Of a DNA stretch of 45,055 nt, positions 35,365-42,767 are shown one piece after another. Below the pieces are notes generated by a model. It had not been told where the DNA came from. It worked only from the letters and a program-made list of their open reading frames with translations, and made no database searches. Positions within the stretch are counted from its first letter, which is position 1; each line of letters opens with the position of its first letter. The stretch lies in the NCBI GenBank assembly GCA_030262775.1, contig JAJSZP010000002.1:1-45055 (forward strand), given 5' to 3'. Made by a program: the position numbers and the translations under genes. This DNA comes from Deltaproteobacteria bacterium. GTDB lineage: Bacteria > Desulfobacterota > Desulfobacteria > Desulfobacterales > ETH-SRB1.

Positions 35365-37437
35365 ATGACTGATATGGTTGATGAAATAAGGAATGTCGCA
35401 CTTGTTGCTCATCAGGGAGCTGGAAAAACTTCCCTTGCTGAGATTATGCTTTATAAAGCAGGAATCAGCAAAAGGATAGGACGAGTAGAAGATGGCAACA
35501 CATTAATGGATTTCGAGCCGGAAGAAATAAAACGTAATTCAAGTATCAGCAGTTCATTCCATCAATTCGACTGGGATAAACATACCATAACTTTTATTGA
35601 TACACCCGGAGATCAAAATTTCTTTACAGATACAAAGATATGCATGCAGGCTGCAGATGGTGCAGTAGTTGTAATTGATGCAGTGGATGGTGTAAAAGTT
35701 CAAACCGAACAGGCGTGGGAATTTGCCAAAGAATTCAACATGCCATGTTTTATTTTTATAAATAAACTCGACAGGGAAAGAGCCGATTTTTTACGTGCGT
35801 TTAAGGATGCCAATGAATGTTTCAAACCAAAACCGATTATTACACAACTTCCCATAGGATCAGAAGAAGATTTTAAGGGTGTTGTCGATCTTGTCAGCAT
35901 GAAAGCATATACGTATGATGCAGACGGTAAGGCTACAAAAAGCGAAATACCTTCGGATATGCAGGATCTTGTTGCAACAGAGAGAGAGACATTTATTGAA
36001 AATGTTGCAGAATCGGATGATGAGCTGATTGAACGGTACCTTGAGGGAGAAACCCTGTCTGATGATGATTTAGTGGCTGCTTTAAAAAAAGGTACGATAT
36101 CCCGTGAATTTGTACCGGTTCTTTGCGGATCCGCCACAAAAAACATAGGCATAGACCTGCTTATGAGTTTTATAATCGATTGTATGCCCTCTCCTGTTGA
36201 CAGAGGCTTAAAAGCCGGTATTGATCCTGCAAACGAAAATGCAATTGATCGTAACCCTGACCCTGACTCGCCTTTTTCAGCTTTTGTATTTAAAACCGTG
36301 GCCGACCCATATGCCGGTCGTCTTTCAATATTCAAAGTGGTTTCAGGAAAACTCGGATCTGATGGAAACTTTTATAATGTAAATAAGGAAACAAAAGAAC
36401 GGTTCAACCAGTTGTTAACTATTGCAGGCAAGGAACAAAAAGCTGCGTCAGGAGCCGTGCCGGGAGCCATTGTTGCCGTAGCGAAACTCAAAGAAACCAC
36501 CACAGGAGATACACTCTGTGATGAGGCAAACAAAATAAAATATGACTGCGCCAAACCGCTTCCCAACCTAATTTCTTTTGCCCTTGAATCAAAAGCAAAG
36601 GGGGATGAAGACAAGATATTCATTTCATTGAGTAAACTTCTTGAGGAAGATACCGCTTTAGCACTTGAACGTAATTCCGAAACAAAAGAGATTCTCATTT
36701 CAGGAGCGGGACAGATTCATGTTGAGACAACTTTAGAAAAGTTGAAAAGAAAGTTTAATGTTGAAGCACTTCTTAATACTCCAAAAGTTCCTTACAAAGA
36801 GACAATTAAAAAGAAAGTCAGGGTCCAGGGAAAACATAAAAAACAGTCCGGTGGTCATGGCCAGTATGGTGACTGCTGGATACAAATGGAACCCCTGCCC
36901 CGTGGGAAAGGTTTTGAATTCGTTGATGCCATTGTGGGCGGTGCAATACCAAAAACCTATATTCCGGCTGTTGAGAAAGGAATCCTTGAATCATCTCCCA
37001 AAGGGGTGCTTGCAGGATTTCCATGCATCGATTTCAGGGTTACGCTGGATGACGGTTCATTTCATGCTGTTGATTCTTCTGAAATGGCGTTTAAAATTGC
37101 AGGTTCTATTGCTTTTAAAAAAGCTGTCGAAGAGGCCAAACCTGTTTTGCTTGAACCTATAATGAAGGTTACAATTACAACACCTGATGAATTCATGGGC
37201 GATATAATGGGGGACCTGAACGGAAGGCGCGGCAGGGTTCTCGGAATGGACAGCGCCGGGAAAAACCAGGTAATAAATGCAAATGTTCCTATGGCCGAAT
37301 TTTTAACATATGCGCCGGATCTTAGATCCATGACAGGCGGCAGAGGAATGTATTCCATGGAATTTTCGCATTATGACGAAGTCCCTGCTCAGATATCAGA
37401 AAAGGTTATTGAAGAAATTAATAAAAACAAGGAATAA
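35365..37437 (+). CDS. elongation factor G paralog (EF-G2-like translational GTPase)
   Basis: NVALVAHQGAGKTS (G1), DTPGDQNF (G3) and NKLDRE (G4), with full EF-G domain length (690 aa). It is not in the str-operon context. Good RBS (GAGAGGAGC). Confidence 0.85.
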   Translation: MTDMVDEIRNVALVAHQGAGKTSLAEIMLYKAGISKRIGRVEDGNTLMDFEPEEIKRNSSISSSFHQFDWDKHTITFIDTPGDQNFFTDTKICMQAADGAVVVIDAVDGVKVQTEQAWEFAKEFNMPCFIFINKLDRERADFLRAFKDANECFKPKPIITQLPIGSEEDFKGVVDLVSMKAYTYDADGKATKSEIPSDMQDLVATERETFIENVAESDDELIERYLEGETLSDDDLVAALKKGTISREFVPVLCGSATKNIGIDLLMSFIIDCMPSPVDRGLKAGIDPANENAIDRNPDPDSPFSAFVFKTVADPYAGRLSIFKVVSGKLGSDGNFYNVNKETKERFNQLLTIAGKEQKAASGAVPGAIVAVAKLKETTTGDTLCDEANKIKYDCAKPLPNLISFALESKAKGDEDKIFISLSKLLEEDTALALERNSETKEILISGAGQIHVETTLEKLKRKFNVEALLNTPKVPYKETIKKKVRVQGKHKKQSGGHGQYGDCWIQMEPLPRGKGFEFVDAIVGGAIPKTYIPAVEKGILESSPKGVLAGFPCIDFRVTLDDGSFHAVDSSEMAFKIAGSIAFKKAVEEAKPVLLEPIMKVTITTPDEFMGDIMGDLNGRRGRVLGMDSAGKNQVINANVPMAEFLTYAPDLRSMTGGRGMYSMEFSHYDEVPAQISEKVIEEINKNKE

Positions 37438-37439
37438 CC

Positions 37440-37535
37440 GAGTTACGGGTTTCGCGTTACGTGTTGTGGATCATGCACTTTTTACCATAAACCCCGCAAC
37501 TCGTAACACGTAACAAGGGTTTTTCCTCTTTTTTT
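37440..37535 (+). terminator. heptamer-array hairpin plus T-tract after the EF-G paralog
   Basis: GAGTTAC GGGTTTC GCGTTAC GTGTTGT (37440-37467) faces GCAACTC GTAACAC GTAACAA (37496-37516), followed by GGGTTTTTCCTCTTTTTTT. Confidence 0.45.
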
Positions 37536-37541
37536 ATTCCT

Positions 37542-38180
37542 CTACCACCACACACTCATACACTTCTTACATGGTGCATACCCTTCCCAAAATGCATCCC
37601 ATTTGCTTGAAAAATAGATCTTATCTCTTATTTCTTTACCAAAACGGCATGTTTTAAGATGAAACCGTTTTGATTTTTTATTTCCTATATAACCCTCCCC
37701 TTTTTCTTTCCAATTGTGCCAAATTCCTTTTTTCCCCGACATTGCTTTCCGCTGGGCTTTAAGCAGCGCTGAATTATATCTGCTATTTGGCTTTCGAGTC
37801 AAAAAGAAGCCATATCCGTATTCCAGTATTTTTTCATTTATAAATCTGCCGTCCGGTAGGAATACATAAGCAAGCAATCTCCCATATTGATCGCGTTCCT
37901 CTTTGTCAAATTCAATGCGAACTTTCTTTTTAAATACAAGGGATTTGTTAAATAGTTTTGCTTTGTACCCATAAGGTTCGGCTTTTTTATTTCCATGGTC
38001 GATTTCAGGAGTATTAATTCCGATATACCTTATACAACGATTGTCATTTAAGATAATGGTGTCACCGTCATTTATCCACTTAACCCTAACCAATTCTTCC
38101 GCAAACAGTTCTGAGCTTGGTAAAAAAAGAAAAATTTGAATCAGTATAAAACAGCAGAGTAATTTTTTCATTATATTCAT
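37542..38180 (-). CDS. secreted thermonuclease (SNase family) with a C-terminal Ada-type Zn-binding domain
   Basis: Signal peptide MKKLLCCFILIQIFLFL. GDTIILNDNRCIRYIGINTPE and RDQYGRLLAYVF form the SNase core. The C-terminus is KRFHLKTCRFG...YAPCKKC. The track start at 38270 runs through repeat B2, so I prefer Met 38180 or 38171. Confidence 0.8.
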   Translation of the reverse strand: MNIMKKLLCCFILIQIFLFLPSSELFAEELVRVKWINDGDTIILNDNRCIRYIGINTPEIDHGNKKAEPYGYKAKLFNKSLVFKKKVRIEFDKEERDQYGRLLAYVFLPDGRFINEKILEYGYGFFLTRKPNSRYNSALLKAQRKAMSGKKGIWHNWKEKGEGYIGNKKSKRFHLKTCRFGKEIRDKIYFSSKWDAFWEGYAPCKKCMSVWW

Positions 38181-38204
38181 CCATGATGGTCTTGTAAAGA
38201 GTAT

Positions 38205-38301
38205 CACGGTGGTTTTTTCAGGAACGAGGCAATACATGCAGTATACCGAGTGTCTGAAAAACAGCTGCAACGCAGTAGATGGGATTTTCTACGACGCCAT
38301 C
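38205..38301 (-). repeat. dispersed repeat family B, core-module copy
   Basis: The reverse complement reads (T)GATGGCGTCGTAGAAAATCCCATCTACTGCGTTGCAGCTGTTTTTCAGACACTCGG...CCTGAAAAAACCAC and aligns with 23084-23176. It begins within the TGA stop of the SplB-like gene. Confidence 0.75.
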
Positions 38302-39400
38302 AACTTTGATCAAGTCCGCAGTGAATAGTCGCACTTTTATCAAGCATTTTCGACAACCCACCTCGATCAGATGGAATAAATCCAAAAGATTTTTTCCATA
38401 CTTCATCATCCTCCATACAAAAATATACCATAACATCCGGGGAATATTCTCTTATCCATCTTAACATTTTACTGTAAAGATTGATACGTAAAGGCTTAAA
38501 ATACCTCATTTTACCGTCCATACCCGAGATGAATTCGCCGTATATTATCTTAGAATCAGGAAAGCGTGTTTGTATTATCGTTTTTAAAGACGGCATATAA
38601 CGAAAAGTACCAAGGCTTATCCACACAATATTTTCCGAAGAAACATGGGAAAATATCTGTTCAACCACCTGTTTATAATCCTCCTCACATCCGTCATAAA
38701 TAAACATGGGATCAAAATGAAAGGCAACAGGGTAGCCCCACGACTCACATTTAGCAGCAGCTTTAAGTCTGGCTGAAAGTGATGCTGTGTTGCGTTCTTC
38801 ATCGTAAATAACCTTCTTTGTGTTAAGCGACCAGGAAACTATTGTTTTACGGTTGTGTTGAAGCTTTTTCAGCCTATTGACAGCCGTTGTTTTGGTTTTC
38901 AGCTCCAATACCGCAATAGACTGGCCTGAAAATTTCGGTACCAGCAAACTTGAAAGGTCGGTCCATGGCTCCCATATCATGCTGTCTGTAAACTCTCCTG
39001 TTCCTATCCTGTATATCTTTTTTTCTGCAAACAAGTCGTCGAGTTCTAAAAGAAGAGCTTCATGGTTTACAAAATACTGGAGAACCGGTGGGTGAAAATA
39101 AGACTGCAAAATACAGTATGAACAATCCATGCTGCAGAAAGTTCCTATATGCAGGATCTTATAGCCACAGCAGGTATAATAACTGGTACCCGGACATTTC
39201 TTGACAAAAGCACCCTTGTTTCGTGTGAGAAAAAGAATTTCTTTTCCTTTCTGTACCGGATCATCAGCCTGGGCTATGGAACTATAAACCTCTTGCACAT
39301 TACGAACTGTTAAAGAAGGACATTTAAAACGTGACATGATGGATTCAGTTAGAGGAGAATCGGCAATTTGCTGATCAATATAAATTTTTAAAGGCTGCAT
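38300..39400 (-). CDS. spore-photoproduct-lyase-family radical SAM protein
   Basis: 366 aa. The CSMDCSYC (CxxxCxxC) cluster follows ...KKCPGTSYYTCCGYKILHIGTF. Overall length and layout are like SplB homologs. Confidence 0.75.
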   Translation of the reverse strand: MQPLKIYIDQQIADSPLTESIMSRFKCPSLTVRNVQEVYSSIAQADDPVQKGKEILFLTRNKGAFVKKCPGTSYYTCCGYKILHIGTFCSMDCSYCILQSYFHPPVLQYFVNHEALLLELDDLFAEKKIYRIGTGEFTDSMIWEPWTDLSSLLVPKFSGQSIAVLELKTKTTAVNRLKKLQHNRKTIVSWSLNTKKVIYDEERNTASLSARLKAAAKCESWGYPVAFHFDPMFIYDGCEEDYKQVVEQIFSHVSSENIVWISLGTFRYMPSLKTIIQTRFPDSKIIYGEFISGMDGKMRYFKPLRINLYSKMLRWIREYSPDVMVYFCMEDDEVWKKSFGFIPSDRGGLSKMLDKSATIHCGLDQS

Positions 39401-39426
39401 TTTAATATCTTTTTCCTAAAATATAT

Positions 39427-39640
39427 GGATTGAAGATTTACGATTGTATATTGAAAATTTAATGTTAACTACTTACGTAGTTAGGCTGAAGGGGTAAGAA
39501 AAGCACGATTGCAGTGTTTTTGGCGAAATATGATTCTTGCATCAAACTCGGCTTTAAAATGTGCTTTTGCCTAACAGTCTTCAGCCTTCAGCCTATCCAC
39601 CTGAACAGAGCGACTTCAATCAATCTTCAATTTTCAATCT
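39427..39640. repeat. nested inverted-repeat block in the divergent intergenic region
   Basis: The outer arms are GGATTGAAGATTT...ATTGAAAATT (39427-39459) and CTTCAATCAATCTTCAATTTTCAATC (39615-39640). The middle arms are TAGGCTGAAGG (39482-39492) and CCTTCAGCCTA (39585-39595), with CTTCAGC duplicated. The inner arms are AAAAGCAC (39499-39506) and GTGCTTTT (39561-39568). Confidence 0.7.
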
Positions 39641-39691
39641 ATTTTAATTACCATGAAACATCGACATTTCCAAGTATAAAGAGGAGGCTTA

Positions 39692-39949
39692 TTGACACTT
39701 ACCTTCCTTTATTCTATAGAAGAAATCATGATAAAAGATAAAGTAAAAGGTAAAAGACTTGTCGGTCTTTTTCTGCTTGGTTGTCTACTGTTCAACTTTC
39801 CCATCCTGTCTTTGTTCAACCTCAAAATCATAGTGTTCGGCATCCCGCTGTTATACCTTTATATTTTTTTAATATGGTTCATATTTATCGTATTTATTTA
39901 TTTAATCGTAAAGTTCAGCAAAGAGACCACACCCCAAATTCTCAAATAG
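39692..39949 (+). CDS. small two-helix membrane protein preceding the symporter-domain kinase (DUF3311-like position)
   Basis: Two hydrophobic helices (LVGLFLLGCLLFNFPILSLF; GIPLLYLYIFLIWFIFIVFIYLIV). A TTG start at 39692 lies 4 nt after GAGGAGG. An alternative ATG is at 39728. Confidence 0.5.
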   Translation: MTLTFLYSIEEIMIKDKVKGKRLVGLFLLGCLLFNFPILSLFNLKIIVFGIPLLYLYIFLIWFIFIVFIYLIVKFSKETTPQILK

Positions 39950-39958
39950 AGATAAATA

Positions 39959-42664
39959 ATGCTAAAAACAGAAGCCATACTTTTCTTTTCCTTCGGTTAT
40001 ATGGGGCTTCTTTTTGCCATTGCATTCTTTGGCGACAGGCATGCTAAAATCGGTCGAAGTATTGTAAGTAATCCGTATATTTATACTCTCTCCCTTGCAG
40101 TTTTTTGCACTGCCTGGACTTTTTACGGCAGTGTAGGACGTGCTGCAGCCACAGGCATAGGATTTTTGCCCATTTATATCGGCCCTACACTGATGGCGGC
40201 ATTAGGATGGCTTGTTCTGCGAAAGATCATACGTATCAGCAAGATACACCGCATTACCTCCATTGCCGATTTTATTGCTTCACGATATGGCAAAAGCTCA
40301 ACCCTGGCAAGTGTGGTTACCATAATCGCGGTTTTTGGCGTTATTCCATATATTTCACTCCAACTAAAGGCTATTTCAACAAGTTTTTTAATCATCAAGG
40401 AATATCCGATTATTACCATGCCGGGTCATTTTGCCGAAATTCCGGTACTTAAGGACACTGCTTTTTATGTTGCCCTGCTTCTCGCCATTTTTACCATTCT
40501 TTTCGGAACACGCCACCTTGACGCTACGGAGCGACATGAAGGCCTAGTTGCAGCTATTGCCTTTGAGTCTATAATAAAACTGATTGCTTTCCTGGCTGTG
40601 GGCATATTTGTTACATATGGAATTTACAACGGTTTTGGCGATATCATTGAAAAAGCTAAAGCGATACCTGAATTAAAACAGTCGTTTACCATGGGCACAT
40701 TGAGCGGCCCATATATTAACTGGAGCATATATATATTTCTTTCCATGATGGCGGTATTATTTCTTCCACGTCAATTTCAGATAGCGGTTGTCGAGAATGT
40801 AGATGAAGATCATTTAAAAAAAGCCATCTGGCTTTTCCCCTTATATTTACTGGCAATTAATATTTTTGTTCTGCCAATTGCATTCGGAGGTTTGCTGCAT
40901 TTTAATGGCGGGAATGTAGATGCCGACACCTTTGTCTTAACTCTTCCTATGTCTGAAAAGAAAGAAGTTCTGGCACTGTTTGTTTTTATCGGAGGAATGT
41001 CTGCTGCAACAGGCATGGTAATTGTTGCAACCATCGCTATTTCAACAATGATATGTAACGATCTTGTTATGCCGATACTTTTGCGCATGTCTTTTTTCAA
41101 CCTCGCAACAAAAGGTGACTTGAGTAATTTCCTTTTAACAATTCGCCGCGGAAGTATCATGCTGGTGCTTTTGATGGGTTATGTCTATTTTCGTTTTATA
41201 GGTGAATATTATACGCTGGTTTCCATCGGGCTTATCTCTTTTACAGCAGTGGCTCAGTTTGCCCCGGCTATTATAGGAGGTATATTCTGGAAAGGTGGAA
41301 CACGATTAGGTGCACTAAGCGGCCTGATTCTGGGCTTTCTGGTCTGGGTATATACACTTGTTTTTCCGTCTCTTGTTCAGGCAGGGTTTTTACCAAAAAG
41401 GTTTGTTACCGAGGGTCCTTTTAACCTTGAGCTACTGAGACCTTTTCAACTTTTCGGCCTCCAGGGCTTTGATCATATCACACATGCAGTTTTCTGGACT
41501 ATGCTTATTAATGTCGCAGCTTACGTGGGAGTATCGCTTTTCAGCCGTGCCAGTGCAATAGAACATACACAGGCAGCTTTTTTTGTAGATGTGTTTGAGT
41601 ATTCTGAAAAACCGGAAAAATCGTCTTTCTGGAGAGGAACGGCGTCAGTTAGGGATCTCAAATCCTTACTCAGACGGTTTTTAGGAAAAAAGAAAACCGA
41701 TAAAGAGTTATCTGTTTATGCTAAAGAGCACAATTTTATCTTGAAAAACAAATTAACTGCCGATGCCGATATGGTCAGTTATGCAGAAAAACTTTTGGCC
41801 GGGGCGATAGGATCTGCATCGGCACGTGTAATGGTATCATCGGTTGTAAAAGAAGAGCCTCTTGGCATAGACGAAGTAATGGATATTCTTGATGAAACGC
41901 GTGTGGTTATTGCATACAGCCGTGAGCTGGAAAGAGCGACTGCAGAGCTTCAAGCTGCAAACAAACGCCTGAAAGAACTCGACAGGCTGAAAGATGAGTT
42001 TATCTCAACAGTTACGCATGAGCTGCGTACACCTCTTACTTCAGTGCGGTCTATTGCTGAAATACTCCATGAAAATCCGAAAATTGATGATGCACAGAAA
42101 AAAAGCTTTTCAGCAATTATTATTAAGGAAACTGACAGGTTAACTCGATTAATAGTTCAGGTTCTGGATTTTCAGAAGATTGAATCCGGCAAAATTCAAT
42201 TTGAAATTTCCCGTGTTGACTTTAAAGAAGTCATTAAAGATGCAATTTCAGCTACCAGTCGGTTAATAGAGGATAAAAATATTAAAGTTATTTTAAACCT
42301 GCCTGACAGCATAACTCTGATTGACGGAGATCGAGACCGCCTGATTCAGGTTATGGTCAACCTGATTTCCAATGCAGTGAAATTTTGCTACAATATCGGG
42401 GGGATAATATCTGTTGATCTGACAACTAAAACTAATCATCTGAAAATTAATGTGAAAGATAATGGAATCGGAATAAGCCGCAAAAACCAGAAGATTATTT
42501 TTCAAGAATTTCGTCAGGTTAAGGATTCTTCTATGGGGCGTCCGGCAGGAAGCGGGCTTGGACTGGCAATTACCAAGAAAATTATCGATTTTCATAAGGG
42601 AAAAATCCGGGTAAAAAGCAAGCCCGGAAAAGGTTCAACGTTTTCGTTTACTTTGCCGCTTTAG
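39959..42664 (+). CDS. sensor histidine kinase with an N-terminal sodium:solute-symporter (SLC5) domain, CbrA/CrbS type
   Basis: Roughly 13 TM helices span residues 1-540. Then come a coiled coil, the H-box FISTVTHELRTPLTSV, the N-box NLISNAVKF, DNGIGIS and GSGLGLAITKKII. There is no receiver domain, and no response regulator gene in the window. Confidence 0.9.
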   Translation: MLKTEAILFFSFGYMGLLFAIAFFGDRHAKIGRSIVSNPYIYTLSLAVFCTAWTFYGSVGRAAATGIGFLPIYIGPTLMAALGWLVLRKIIRISKIHRITSIADFIASRYGKSSTLASVVTIIAVFGVIPYISLQLKAISTSFLIIKEYPIITMPGHFAEIPVLKDTAFYVALLLAIFTILFGTRHLDATERHEGLVAAIAFESIIKLIAFLAVGIFVTYGIYNGFGDIIEKAKAIPELKQSFTMGTLSGPYINWSIYIFLSMMAVLFLPRQFQIAVVENVDEDHLKKAIWLFPLYLLAINIFVLPIAFGGLLHFNGGNVDADTFVLTLPMSEKKEVLALFVFIGGMSAATGMVIVATIAISTMICNDLVMPILLRMSFFNLATKGDLSNFLLTIRRGSIMLVLLMGYVYFRFIGEYYTLVSIGLISFTAVAQFAPAIIGGIFWKGGTRLGALSGLILGFLVWVYTLVFPSLVQAGFLPKRFVTEGPFNLELLRPFQLFGLQGFDHITHAVFWTMLINVAAYVGVSLFSRASAIEHTQAAFFVDVFEYSEKPEKSSFWRGTASVRDLKSLLRRFLGKKKTDKELSVYAKEHNFILKNKLTADADMVSYAEKLLAGAIGSASARVMVSSVVKEEPLGIDEVMDILDETRVVIAYSRELERATAELQAANKRLKELDRLKDEFISTVTHELRTPLTSVRSIAEILHENPKIDDAQKKSFSAIIIKETDRLTRLIVQVLDFQKIESGKIQFEISRVDFKEVIKDAISATSRLIEDKNIKVILNLPDSITLIDGDRDRLIQVMVNLISNAVKFCYNIGGIISVDLTTKTNHLKINVKDNGIGISRKNQKIIFQEFRQVKDSSMGRPAGSGLGLAITKKIIDFHKGKIRVKSKPGKGSTFSFTLPL

Positions 42665-42767
42665 CATTGAGCATTTATCATTTAGCATTGATCATTTGAC
42701 ATTGAACATTTAGAAGGTAGCAACGAGCAACCAGTATCCAGCAACCAGTATCGAGTATCCAGAATCA
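42662..42767 (+). repeat. two back-to-back phased heptamer arrays (7 + 7 units) filling the whole convergent intergenic gap
   Basis: 42662-42710 reads TAGCATT GAGCATT TATCATT TAGCATT GATCATT TGACATT GAACATT; the first unit contains the kinase stop codon. 42719-42767 reads AGCAACG AGCAACC AGTATCC AGCAACC AGTATCG AGTATCC AGAATCA; the last unit contains the rc stop of the minus-strand gene. Confidence 0.9.

Noticed and set aside
33772-36335. Long antisense ORFs (33772..34287 -, 34572..35057 -, 35700..36335 -, also 16501..17028 - and 13158..13523 -)
   Set aside because: They lie entirely opposite well-supported conserved genes (dxs, tlyA, EF-G paralog, GT4-like, CmcI/wzx). Their composition is low-complexity and Ser/Arg-rich, typical of shadow ORFs.
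38181-38270. Upstream start (38270) for the thermonuclease
   Set aside because: The extension runs through repeat family B copy 2. The signal peptide begins at the internal Met (38180/38171).
39514-39741. ORF 39514..39741 (+)
   Set aside because: It is read from the nested inverted-repeat block. It has no RBS and no protein-like features.
42662-42767. CRISPR array
   Set aside because: The period is 7 nt with no spacers and there are no cas genes. These are short tandem repeats, not CRISPR repeats. The same applies to the other arrays.
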